Counted from the stretch's first letter, positions 25,892-38,131 are shown. The stretch: DNA of 64,000 nt from Paraspadella gotoi (GCA_051294375.1 CM119267.1:3398192-3462191); one strand, 5' to 3'. Numbers and translations are program-made. Notes: a model not told the origin generated them from the sequence alone.

Positions 25892-27681
25892 TTAGGAGTA
25901 CTTGCTGCTTCCGGGACAATAGTCTTCTCCCGATTTCCGCGAGACGGAAAATACGAGGGCGGTGAAAAACGCGAGGGCGAGGGCGAGAGAGAGCACGATT
26001 TTGAGAAAGAATTGATTTCGGAGGGTGGAGTCTTCTAAGTCTTTGCACTGTTTCTGGAGGGCGAGGATTCCGGCGGTCACCCTTTCCACGTTCCCTTTGA
26101 GGTCGGCCAAGTCTTTGAGCAAGGCCTCCTCGGCGAAGCTCGACTGGGAATGATCGACGAGGACGCAGCGAATCCGATGCTCAACGATGTCGTCTTTCGA
26201 GGCACTTTTCCACAACTCGTTCATTTCGCTGGCGCCTTTGTCGCTGTCGCTAGCATCGATCATTAAGCTCATGATCAAAAATTTGTCCCTGAGATAAAAA
26301 AAAAAAAAGGGGGAAAATTTAGTTATTTGGCGGGAAAAAAAGGGCTCGAATCATTATTAGCAAAAAAGAGGCTTGATAGGTAATGTAATTTGTTTTGAAA
26401 AAAATACTTATTTTTTTAAAATAAAGTTTAAGACGTGTAAAAGTAATTAACCATCTACGTAGTTGGTATAAAGGTCTCTCCGTTTTTTCGTTTTTGCTTT
26501 AACAAATACCTCAAGCAATACGTATTGTATGAGAACTCATATTACCTATTGGTGGAATGCATTCCGGGTGGCAGGTAAATGTTTACGTCGGCGGATTCGC
26601 CGGGTTTGATTACCCCTGGAGATGAGGTCGAATTAGAAAAAAAATAGAATGCGCAGTAAAGGAGATTTTAATCGGGCGTTGACACGATCCTCACCGGTAG
26701 AGGGACGAACTCTGTATTTTTCCGGCGCCGTCGTCTTCACTTTGTACGTGACCGTCTCTTCGGTGACGTTTTTTAAATTAATGATGTCGAGGGTTTCCTT
26801 TTGAAAGTCCATGACGACGAACTCCAAAGAGTCGGCGGGCGTGATGCTTACGTGATCGCCCTAACCGTGCAAAAGTGGATGAAAAAATTATGACTCTCCG
26901 ACAATAATGAGGACGTCACGCGCAATTCACTTGGAATGTTTCTCTCTGTTTCCTGGCGAGGTGAGGTGGGCGGGGATTGACGTTGTTAGAAGAGCGCTTT
27001 CGTAAACTCGACCTCTGAGTCGAATCTTTTCCGCTCGAAAGGTTTTCGGCGGAACCGCTTCTGGCGGAAAACACAAGTCGAGGAAAATCAGAATTGCACG
27101 TACTATGCGCTACAAAGTCTTAATGTTTTCACCTGAAAATCCCAGACGACGAATCCGCGTCGTCGGCGAAATGAACCCTCTTCTTGGTGTTGTTTTCCTT
27201 CGCTTCATCGTCGGAACGGGGACAGTCGCCGGCGCATGCGTAGGCCTCGGCGGAGGAGTCTGCGGAGGGAGTGGTGCTCGTGACGACGCTGATGGCGTCC
27301 TCCATTGGATCGCTGCCATCTTCCTCTTCTTGAGCGTCGAGCGCCGAATCCGCCGGCCGAGTCTCCTTTCGGTAAAGAAGTGGAGCATGGGCGCAAAAAC
27401 AAAGATTCGACGAAATGCAATGGATTCTTACCAAATCCTCTTTAGAATTCGTTTCCGTTTTAACCATATTTTCTTGGAGAATACAATCGCTTTTAGTAGA
27501 GTGGAGGGAATCTAATTGTTCGGCGGTTGAGGTAATAGTTGTTGCAAAGCGGACTACTTTCTTGTGTTTTACCTCTTCCAACATGTCGTGGTTTAACAAT
27601 CTCTGTATTACCTGGATGGCAATTAATAAAATCTAATAAGAAATATATATTAAACGAATAGGTGTGTAACCACTATACCAT
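25892..27681 (-). CDS. MOSPD2-like MSP-domain tail-anchored protein lacking CRAL-TRIO, multi-exon
   Basis: YKVKTTAPEKYRVRPSTG, DKFLIM, ELWK..EHRIRC, coiled coil and C-terminal transmembrane helix; start codon inferred. Confidence 0.75.
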
Positions 27682-27960
27682 GGCTCTATAACTGTAACCA
27701 ACAAATTATGAAACATTAATTGAAATCACGAAATACATCAAAGCAACTTAATAAAAAACGAATGAAAACGAATACAAAAACTACGATTCCGTCGGTTGAA
27801 TGAGATAAAATATTATTTTTCCATGACTTTTGTTAACCTTTTAATACGTCATAATTATTACCCACAGTAGTACTCAATACTCGTAGAACATGAAAGAAAT
27901 TTCTCCTCGCTAAAAATATCTCCAGCCCAGAAAAGAGGAAACAGAAAAATTAGCAAACAA

Positions 27961-28753
27961 TCAGGTGGCGACGGCGACAAATTGGCGATCGTAAATTCCG
28001 CCACTCAACGCCTCCAACATGAATTTCGCCAAATCCCCTCTTTCCATGACTTTTCGAGGAGATTTTGAGGGAACGATTTGACCGCCCAAGATTGGGAGGA
28101 TCGGATCTGTGGTCGGTCCTCCGTGCCCCAACCCCGGGGGTCGAACGACGGTGTAGTTGATATCTAATTGAAAAAATATTTTCAAACTTTTTCATTTTTT
28201 TTATAATCTAATTTTGACGTTCTTTCAGTCTAATTTTAATTTCAATTAAAGTGAAGATTTGGCAAAATCCGCCCGAAAACGAACCTTGACATTCTCGCTC
28301 CAAGAATTCTTCCATTCTGCGCATATCATCCAGATTTCGTCCAATGAATAGGGGCTTCAATATCCAGCGAATAAAAAAGGGGTAGCTAGGTTGGTCGTCC
28401 GTACACCACGAGGAGATGGCGAGGAGCCGCTTGGTGGCGCTCTTCCGCATCGCATCCGTGATCGCCTTCATCGACTCGGAGTAGAGTTCGATCTTGGCGC
28501 CGAGCGGCGTCAAAGACACCGGCGCGCCGAGACATGACACGACGGCGTCAGATTCCGCGAATCCCTGCGCCAAATTCTCCGCATCGAAAATGTCCACTCC
28601 GTCGCGAATCTCTAAATTCTCGTCCTCCCTCAGATGGAAGGCCATCTTGTCCGGATTGCGGACAAGAGCACGGACGCGGTGTCCGTTGGATAGCGCCGTG
28701 CGGACGAAGTGCTGGCCACTGGGACCCGTAGCCCCTAAAACCGTGATTAGCAT
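27961..28753 (-). CDS. Flavin reductase / biliverdin reductase B-like NAD(P)-binding protein, 2 exons
   Basis: VLGATGPSG, ALVRNPDK, DAVVSCLG, DDMRRME, YTVVRPPGL, RGDLAKFML. Confidence 0.88.
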
Positions 28754-28983
28754 CGTGTTTTTTTCTTAACCAGACTTTAAAAAGATGAAAGTACCACTTG
28801 AGTGAGAGAATACCCTAGAAAAAAAAGTTTTTTTCTATACACCTCTATCGCCGACAAAAAAATCTAAACTAAAAACTTTTTACAAAATTCATTAGGCTAT
28901 ATACACTTAAAATAATAAACCGAGAAAGAATGAGGTAGCACACGTTTCTTGTCTATTCCTGGGTCACCTTGGAAGGAGGTTAA

Positions 28984-30742
28984 TCACGTCGACTGCGCTG
29001 CATTATCGCAGACCAGCTGTTCCACCTTTTTCAAAGTCCACTTGATCTGATCGAATTTCCATCTGAGATCACCGCTAGATCCGCTTCTGTTTCGAAAGTC
29101 AAAGTTGAGGAGTTGACCGTAGATTTGATCAAGAAGGTGATAAGCGGTGACGACGTCGTCGAAGTCGCGGGCGATCGAGCAGTGCACCGCGTAGCGTCCG
29201 AGTTCGCCTGAAGGGAAATTAAATGGCGAAATCGTTTTAGGTAGGATAAGATATCCTTGAGATCGCCTTACACAAAAGGGAAGTTAGTTTAATTGTATAA
29301 TACTATTATAATAATATTATAATACCATAAAGCTTGCAGGGACCTGCTATGTAATTATCTTGTAAGAGTGATGGAGGCCTGTCCAAAGTCAGGGGCAAGA
29401 TAGCTTATTTATTAAATGAATGGATAATTTTTATATTGGTTGTGTAGTCGGGCATTGGCTAGGTTCACCCCGCCTATAAGCATGACTCTTTCAGTTGTGA
29501 CCCGGTGGCTCATTGAGTAAAGCCATCAGCTCAAGACCACAAGGTACCGGGTTCAATCCCAACCCGGTACCTACCCTGCGGGAAGAGTGAGGACGGCCGT
29601 AAGCCACCTGGGGGCGTGGCAAACCCTCAAGCCTGGTTCCAAGCCCAGGACCCGTTCCATGTCTGCTAGAGGGGGTTATAGAAGTTATGGATAGTCATCT
29701 TCTGCCCACTTAGCGCCTTATCCACAGTTGTACCAATTTCATAAAATTCAGCTCCTTGTATTTTGATGCTAGTGCGGAGTACAATAATTATTCCCCGATC
29801 TAATACTTAAGGGAGTGGTCTTTTCATACAATTGAAACATTCTTTGAAATATTTTCCACTTCATTGATAGGGAAGCCAGGTCTCTGGGAGTGAATAAACG
29901 GGACTGTGAAAGAGTCTTGATTGAAAGCTTGCAGGGACCTGCTATGTAATTATGCTGTAAGAGTGATGGAGGCCTAAAACCACCAAAGCCTGTCCAAAGT
30001 CAGGGGCAAAATAGCTTATTTATTAAATGAATGGATAATTTTTATTATTGGTTGTACCAATTTCATATAATTGAAAAAAAAAATTGTTATTCAAATTGCA
30101 ATGCCAAGGCAACCTGTGAAATCGCAGACACCGGCGACGTATTCTTCGGAAGAAAAAAAACGTTTTGCGTTGATTTCATGGAAAGTAATAAGTCTGCCGC
30201 GCTCGATGAAATGGCAAAAGCAAATAGCTTCGGCCAATTCTTCCAGTGAGTTACGAAAATCCTTCTCCTCCTTGAGCCGAGGATATTGCTTCAAATCGTC
30301 GATCGAAAAAATATTATTAGAAGAGTAAGTTTGCCATCTGCGAAAATCCCAGAGACAATTTACTCACCCGAAAGACCGGCGCCAATTCGTCCAGCAAACC
30401 GTCGACGTCTTTTAATTTCTTCCTGGCCCCCTTAACGTCTCGACGGTGCAGAGCGAAAATTGCCTTTTTCGATCCCTTGTTTATATCTCGACTTGTCTTG
30501 ATGACGACCTCGCGAAGAGTATCGTACGATTCATAATTGGCGGCGACACGCTCAAAGTCCGCTTCGTCCACAAGACTCTCGTGACTGTTCTTGTCGAGCG
30601 GCGAAGAATAAGTCAAGAGAGGGGAAGCGGAGGGAACCTCGGCGCTCGATGAAAGGCGGAGCGAGAAAGAGTCGACGGGGAGTTTGGAGAGAATCGCGCG
30701 TCGGTGGACGAGTTTCAGAAAAGGCAAGACGCGAAAAGTCAT
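28984..30742 (-). CDS. Translin-family (C3PO) ribonuclease of the archaeal/algal type with N-terminal extension, 3 exons
   Basis: REVVIKTSRDI..SKKAIFALHR, LEELAEA, EEYVAGVCDFTG|ELGRYAV, FDFRN..LRWKFDQIKWTLKKVE. Confidence 0.88.
29329..30066 (+). repeat. Two copies of an intronic dispersed repeat (one partial, one longer) in translin intron 2
   Basis: aaagcttgcagggacctgctatgtaattat...gtccaaagtcaggggcaa.atagcttatttattaaatgaatggataatttt at ~29329-29442 and ~29924-30066. Confidence 0.9.
29443..29726 (+). mobile_element. 284 bp solo-LTR-like insertion (TG...CA ends, GTTG duplication) containing a tRNA-like A/B-box segment
   Basis: gttg|TGTAGTC...TCCACA|gttg interrupts the repeat consensus attggttgtaccaatttc that is intact at ~30047; internal TGGCTCATTGAGT and GGTTCAATCCC. 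Confidence 0.75.
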
Positions 30743-30814
30743 GGCGAAATAACTATCTCAAAGGAAAACAGAACGATGAAAATGAGAGAAAAATAATGAA
30801 AAAGCAGTTGATGA

Positions 30815-32612
30815 TCAACGTTTTCGGCCCCTTTTCCCTTTGCTCGCTGATTGTTTTAAAGGAGGCGATGAAGCTTGGGCTTTTATCTCGGGCTGAGGCG
30901 CCTCCTCAATTTCGTCCTCGGCCTTGAAATCGAGGTCGAGAGGCATCGAAGAGAAATTCTGAGAAAAAAGTTCCAAGATTGATTAAACTGTTACTAATTA
31001 CTAATTATTAAATAGTCAATTCATTCGTTAGAACTTACTTGAACGTCATCGAGAGTAACGGATGATGAAGACTGCCTCTTCCTCCTGCCCGATTTTTTGG
31101 GCGAATTCAAACCCTCTTTTTCATGATCTGATGTCCCCTCGGAAGAAGATTCCGCCACCTGGGTCATCGAGTGAGGTCTAATAGCCAAGAAATGCTAAGA
31201 GAATGGGTAATGCCCTCTAAATTAGACTTACCAAGTGCCTTTGGTGTCTGCTTATGATTCCTTGTCTCTCGAAGGCGTGTTCTTTCAAGCGGCGCCGAAC
31301 CGTTCCGTGTCTTACAGGAGATGTTGGTGGAGCCAGAGAGGGTTTAGTAACGATGTCGGGATCGTAGGAGGCCATTCCTTTTCAAGAGCAATTTGCGATA
31401 CGAATTGCACGAAGTGAGGACAATTTCGAAAAAAAAAACGTTACCTGGTTTCCACGTGTCCATGTGTTTTATCCCGTTGCTTAAAACGTCGATGAAATCC
31501 TCCTTGAGCGTGAAGAGGCCTTCGACTTCGGATAATTTCTCATTGTTGATCACTTGTGATTTCAAACTGACGATGGAGGAAATAAATTTATTCACGAATC
31601 ACGATTCATCAAAATGACCGTATGATGTTTTCGATAAATGTTTACTCGTGGTACTGATCGTGAAGTGACTGAATGTTATCCATTAAAGCGGAGGGGAAAA
31701 CGTGGCCCAAAGAAGTCTCTGCGAGAAAAAGCAACATTTTTGTCATTGCTTCACTAAGACGATAACATCATAATAGTGATAAAATGAAACTAAATATACC
31801 TATTTGAGGCGCTTGTTCTTCATGTTTGGTTTCTTCATCTTTATATCTTTTGTTTTGAAACTGGTTATAAGGGAGAGGAGTCACCACATAATAAAACGCT
31901 ACAAAAATTATAAAAAAATTATTTAGCGCTTAACTATCACACAAAAATGTCTTTATAATGCCTAATATTATCTAACCTTTATAATAATTAAGTTTGTGGT
32001 AAATAAATTCGGCATCAAGATGGCGTTGTTGCTGTATTGTCTCTAGCAATCCGCGTCCTTAAAAACAGGATTTCAAGATAATTCATTGTTCCAGGTTTAT
32101 ACACAGTTTATACAGAGTTTATTCCTCACACCTTGCGACCACTGACTCTGGGTTAAACGAATCTTTTGCCGAGGTTCTATCGGTTGAGCAAAATAAAAAG
32201 CGTACATGAGATAAAGACCGCCCATTTTGACCTACATGAGTGTGGAAAACGGTGAGGAATATATTTGTTCAACAACTTTAAATCTAAAAACTTCAACCTG
32301 AAAAGTGTAAATGTCCTGCCAAAATCCCACGGCCAGATGAAGAGCCGCCTCGACCATTTCTCTCAGACACAACTCGGTTGCCCATCCGCAAAATATTGAT
32401 GGAAAACCCATTTGCCGCCATAATTTTGAAAATTCTGTGTATCGAACGCTAAAAGTAAAAAGGAGCATAAAAATTACACATGTAATTGATTGCAAAGACT
32501 TTTTCTCCAAATGTTTTTAAAACCTGTTGCTTTCCGAAAACTTAGCAAGCAGTAATTCTAAATCGGTTTTCAAGCCTGGAACTGCGTTTAAAAATGGCTG
32601 GCCGTCGCTCAT
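30815..32612 (-). CDS. SNAPC1: snRNA-activating protein complex subunit 1 (SNAP43), many short exons
   Basis: PGLKTDLELLLAKF..S|VRYTEFSKLWRQMGFPSIFCG..YTFQ|VKMGGLYLMYAFYFAQPIEPRQKIRL..QRHLDAEFIYHKL matches the SNAPC1 N-terminal domain. Confidence 0.85.
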
Positions 32613-32735
32613 TTTTTTTAAGTGTTTTATATAATATATAACTAAAATGTAAAAGACAGAGTCAACAAATAAAAGTTAGCAAGGAGATTTCATGTAGAAT
32701 AAAAACAGATACAAAAATTCAATAAATAAAAAGAA

Positions 32736-35700
32736 TCATCGGGTTGACGAAGCACGTTGCACGCTGATGTGATCATCTCCAACTTTAATTGTGCTCATGG
32801 TGTCGGATGAAAATCGTCTTGATTTCGCGCTCAGTCTGGCGTCAAATCTTCTCTCAGTTTCAGCCGATTTTTCCTTGATGTTGGTGGCTTTCTTGTACAA
32901 TTCCGCCGCCGCCTCCAATTCGTTCAAATGGAATTTGACCATTGCGGCGTTGCGTAAAGTCTCTGCGACCATGGGATGGGAAGGACCGAGAGTAGTCTCG
33001 AACACTGACAGCGCCTGCTCGAAGAGAGGGAAGGCATCGGCGTGCTTCTGCCGTTGACAAAGTTGCACGGCAACGTTGAAAATCTTGGAAGCGATTTGAA
33101 CTCGCCTCTCTTGAACGGAATTCTTGGAGGCCGGAGTGGAGAGCGACGTCGGTTTAGCGACCACAACGCTTCCGTTGTCCCCCCTCCAATTGGAATCTCG
33201 TTGACGATCCCGCTCCATCCTCTCGCGGCGAATTTTCATTCGAATCGAATCCGCGCGACGTTGCAACGGCTGTGCAGAGTCGTGCTTTCCTTGTCGCTGA
33301 TGCAGCAACGCCAATGCCTCCAAAACACCTGCGACGTCGGAATTGTCGTCGCCAAAAACGGCTTCGAACAGTTCCAAAGCGGTTTTGAAGAGAGATTCGG
33401 CCGTGGCGTAGTTACGCCACTCGGCGTTGATTTGCCCCAGGTGTACTAGCAACCGACCAACCTCCGGATCGTCCGGATCTAGCGATTCCCGAAGCTCCAA
33501 TGCGCGTTCGAACGGAGGCATTGCTAGGTTAAACTGCTTCATGTCGCGAAAGAATCGGCCCAAAGCTTCATATACGGCGATGACACGAAGAGGCGTTATG
33601 AAGGAAGAAGCCGAGTTTTCATTGTTATCCAAATCATCCTCTATCGCCTTTAAAGCTTCACGATAAGCCTCTGACATAGAGTTTAAAGGTTCGGACGTTA
33701 ACGCGGTCCAGTAATATAATAACTCATTCGTTCGGCCGTGGGTGAAAAAGTGGGTAAAACATTGGACGCGTCGCATGCACTGTTCCAGACCTTCGCGTTC
33801 GCCAACTTGCAGAAGCAACCATGGGAGTTCGTTCATGGCCCGGAGGCTCTCTACGTTTGCGAAATGATACTGGATCAAACTTTTTCTCACTTCAATCAGA
33901 CTGTCGGTCGTTTCTAGATACAACTGTCGAACAGCCTCACGAGCTGATGGATGGCCAAAAACTAAGAGACCGACGCGATACTGCAAAACTCTAGTTTCTA
34001 TCAAAATGTCGCAAATAAGCGCCCAAAAATGCCACGGAATCTCGCCGTCGGAGTTGACTATGTCGAAAATGCAGTTTTCGCTCAAACCGCATCTCGACGC
34101 GAAAAGCAATAATAGTATGCGTCTCAGCATCCCAGGAGACATCAATCGATCATTGTATTCGTCCTCCAAGGACATCAAGACGCTTTTTGTTAAGTCGACA
34201 AGATTGCTATTTCGGAGTAATTCTGTGAGGGCGCCGCTCATGTCTAATTCGAATGTCGACTTCCACTGAATGAACGCTGCAAGCACGGAGATGAACAGCG
34301 GTGAGGTAGTTGCTGACGAGCGGCAATGACGTTGAACCAATCTCACATGCTCCTCGTTAAAAGTTTTATTAACCGATTTAAACTGAGCAAACATAAGTTC
34401 CCGAATCTGGTTGTTGTTCAAAGGCTCTACCCTAAGCGTGGGCCAAGACCTCCAAGCCTTTGGACACGTTTCGTCGGTCGAGGCAACGAAAACTCGAACA
34501 TCGACCGGAAGTGGATCGAGGAGCCAAGCGAGTTGTGCCTCCGCCTCGCGAAAACGGTCCGCGTGATCGAGGACGATGATCACGCCTCCTGGGACACGCG
34601 AGGACACGCTTTCCAGCAACTTTGGAAACTCGTCGACGAGGCGAGTCGTGTTGGAGGTGATGCTTGCGGCGCCTGGAAAGTGTGCAGCAAGCTTGGCTGC
34701 GAATCGGCGAACAGCATAATGTGGATCGCCCGATATTGATTGAGAGTCTGTGACTGAATGGTACAATAGTAGAGGAAGAAAAGGTTGCGTTTGCGATCCG
34801 ATCGCCTTTTTCTCTATAAGCAAAGATAACCATTTGGCCAGTAAAAGAGATTTCCCAGTTCCTGAAGCGCCGTGGATGAGCAACGGTGGCAAGGGTCCCG
34901 CCGAGGTCAAATGATTCGTAAGCTCCACGTAGTGTTCTTCGAATCCCAACTCGCAGAGAGAGTTGAGGGCATTGGCAAGGGCCTCTCGTTGCTCGAGGGA
35001 CCCATCTAGTTCGATACCAGAGCAACCACAGAGACGAGTCATGAACTGTCGTTCACGATCTTCCCAAGAATCAAACTCGCCTTCACTTTGTTCCTCCTCG
35101 TCCGACGAAATTCCCAGAACGTCGTGAACAATCTTCTCTACTTCATTTCCGACAAGCGAGACGGCGTCTTCGATCGATGTCGCCTCGAAGATGGTAGCGC
35201 GTCCTTCCGATACACGAAGCTCTGTCTTTAATTCTTCAGCGTCTTTTGATGATCCCGTGATACCGTCAAAAGCCGTCGATAAACTAAAGATGGCGCGAAG
35301 TGATTCGCGTGACGGGTTTTGCAAGAAACCATAATAGATCTCGTCTTTGGTGAAAGTATCAACTCGATCTTTGAGAAATCCAACAAAGATTAATGAGGAT
35401 TTCGGGAGTTCGGCGTGGAGGACGGCGGAAACCTCAATATCCATCTCGAATGTGTCACAAGGCAGATGGACGAAGAGAAACGTTTTTCCCCGACGATCGC
35501 ACATGCGTCGCAGTCGAGACCCGAAACGCGATTTCAGCAAGGCGACTTCCGTTTGCGAGTCGCTGGGCGCCGACACGTAGAGGCGAATGAGAGAGGCGTG
35601 GGACACGTCCGAATCAGCGGCGGTGGGAAAATCCAAATCGCTCTTTTAATTACAAATTATAAAATTATTGATTAATAAATTTAAGTTCAATTATTAATTT

Positions 35701-36684
35701 TTTTTTGCTTACCGGATACTTCCTAAGCTGAGATAGAGATGAACTATCAACATGACGAGTTCCTTCCATCTTGTGACTCTCGTCGCGAGAAACGTCGTCT
35801 ACGTCGACACCTCGGGTCATTTCAAACTGAGAACCGGAAACCTCAACACCGAGTCCACCGCGTCCGAAAAGAGACGACGCTGAAGACACTTTACGATGAC
35901 CGGCTGTCCAGCCGAGAAGGTGTCGTTCGCCGAAGAGGCCGCCTTGCGCGGGCATCGTGGCCGAAAACTGCAACTGCGTGTTCGAGCTAAGAGAAGGCTC
36001 GCGGTCTTGACACGAGTTGGTCCACCAGTCGGTCGGACTGGGATTGTTCATCGTCTCCCTCGCAAAGGTAAACTCGCCGTAGCGAGCATCGCTTTCGTGA
36101 ATGTCATCTAACGTCCCTTGGCCTCCGCCGTTGACACGGTTGTACACATTGAGTTTAATCTCCAAATCTCTTTTGGTCCGCAAGACGTTCTGCAGTTCTT
36201 CCTCTTTGCTTTCGCGAAATATTTTAAACTGTCGCTGAATCTTGTCGCGATCTGCCTCGAAGGAGGCGGCCCGCTCCAGGGCTTGCTGTTCATGGGCAAA
36301 AGCCTCGTCGCGCTCGTAGCGCAACTTGGCCAAAGTCTTTTGCAGCGCTTGCAGTTCGCCGCGTAGCAGGCGGTTTTCGTTTTCCAGCTTTTGCTCTTTT
36401 TTGCGAAAGTTAGCGATCTCGTTCTCTTTGTTGAGGCGATACATCTCCCACTCTTTTCTTATCTTCTCTATCTCCGGTCCTTCCAGCTCCACGCTGAGAG
36501 CCGACCGCAGAGAGGCGCCTTTCTGTCTCTTGCCAAAGGACCCGACTGAACGCAATGAAGTGGCCAGCGTCCGGCGCGGCTTCATTTCGATGGGAATTTT
36601 TTTAACGACCCCCTTGCCACCGACGTCGTGCTCCTCGAAGGAATCTCGCCGGCGGAACAAAGAGGGAACGCGAAGGCACGACAT
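32736..36684 (-). CDS. NPHP3: Nephrocystin-3-like protein (coiled coil, P-loop/STAND domain, TPRs), 2 exons
   Basis: KEWEMYRLNKENEI..ENRLLRGELQALQKT..DRDKIQRQFKIFRESKE; GASGTGKSLLLAKW; WLLDPLPVDVRV; C-terminal TPRs. Confidence 0.9.
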
Positions 36685-37632
36685 GGTTTACGAAATGTCA
36701 AACAAGTGAATTCTGCTATGTCATTTTGTACGAGGGCCGAAACTTCCATTTAGCCATCGTCAAAAAGGGGTAGTTAGGTTTATTTTGAACTATGAAAATT
36801 TTTTCAACGTAGGACAAGGCTTAAAAAACTGAAAACGAGTATGAGAAATTATTTTATTCTATAAAAGAAATTCTGACAGAAAAATTATTACTTACATAGC
36901 TACATAAAAACTTCGTTTATTATTTGCATCATTATCAATTTATTATCAGCATAAAATCAACAACAACAAAAAAAGATTGCGAATCTGAATTTTATATTAG
37001 TTTTTCAAATTTCATATGGTTCAAAGCAAACAATAACCGTTAAGAGTAGGAACGCAGAAAGAAGAGTAAGAACACTGCTCACTGAAGACTGAAGTGGTCA
37101 TCAATCAAAGAACACTACCTCGCGGTACCACGATTTAAGAGGCCTCTGACCTTTTTTTACCTCAAAAGTCAAAGACCGGCGACTCGTCGAAGGCCCCGTC
37201 ATGACGCGTCAGCCCAGACCCGTCAGACCAGATTTAACCAAAGGTTGCGACGGAAAGATGGACGAAGGTACCGTGGGGCGACACGTAGGCGCAGTGGGCG
37301 CGCGCCGGGGCCAACTCCTATGATCCGCGGAGGAAGGACCTCGAGACTTCGACCCTTCGACCCGAGAAACAAATAAAAGAACAACCTTGATAACGACTTT
37401 GTTTTGTTTTGTTCTTTAGTTTGCTTTGTTCTTTTGTTTCGAACCCAAACCAGAGTAGGAAAAGAATATATTTAACAGTAATATCACTCGGATAAAAAGG
37501 TGCCTTGTTCAAAATAATATATTAAATATGTAATTTACACAATAGAAGGGAAATGAACACTTAAAATTTCATGATAAGGTTGAGTGTGATAATGTTGTGA
37601 GTATTGAATGTCTGGTAATTCTCGCTGGCCTC

Positions 37633-37678
<46 letters not shown>

Positions 37679-38131
37679 CGTCTTCCGTCATCATCGGTGG
37701 ACAAGAGAACTCCTGTAAACAACTTGCAAAGCGAGGACATCTCCTCCCCAGAGGAGATCCTCCTACAAAATGACGCCACGCTAAATAATTTAATTCATCT
37801 TTAGCTGTATTACCGGCCATTTCCTTCGTTGCTCTCATTATTGATTTAACTTCTTATTCAAGCCAATTTTTAGATTATAAAGTATTTTTAAATCAAATCA
37901 CGTTTTTACAATGAAACGTTTTCTAAACGGTGCAAATCTAAATGCGGAAACTTTCACCGACTTGGCCAATTGTTGCTGTCACAGCGCATACACCAAAAGA
38001 ATAAAGAACCAAACGCAATTTTCGGATAAATTTTCTTGTCCGAAATATATCCCCTGCCTAGTGCCTTCCATACTTTTATAATCATTTTTTTAAATTGATT
38101 TGGACGCACTTGATTTTTAAAATTGCCAATA
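36685..38131. promoter_or_regulatory. Divergent strand-switch region, candidate bidirectional promoter
   Basis: Only head-to-head junction in the window; GC-rich core ~37100-37370; (TG)n(AG)n microsatellite ~37633-37672. Confidence 0.55.

Noticed and set aside
29499-29571. Possible functional tRNA gene
   Set aside because: A/B boxes are present but the anticodon stem and T stem do not pair properly, and it lies within an inserted element.
37100-37330. Telomerase RNA or RNase MRP gene call
   Set aside because: No telomeric template is visible and pairing signals disagree on strand; kept only as a hypothesis in findings.
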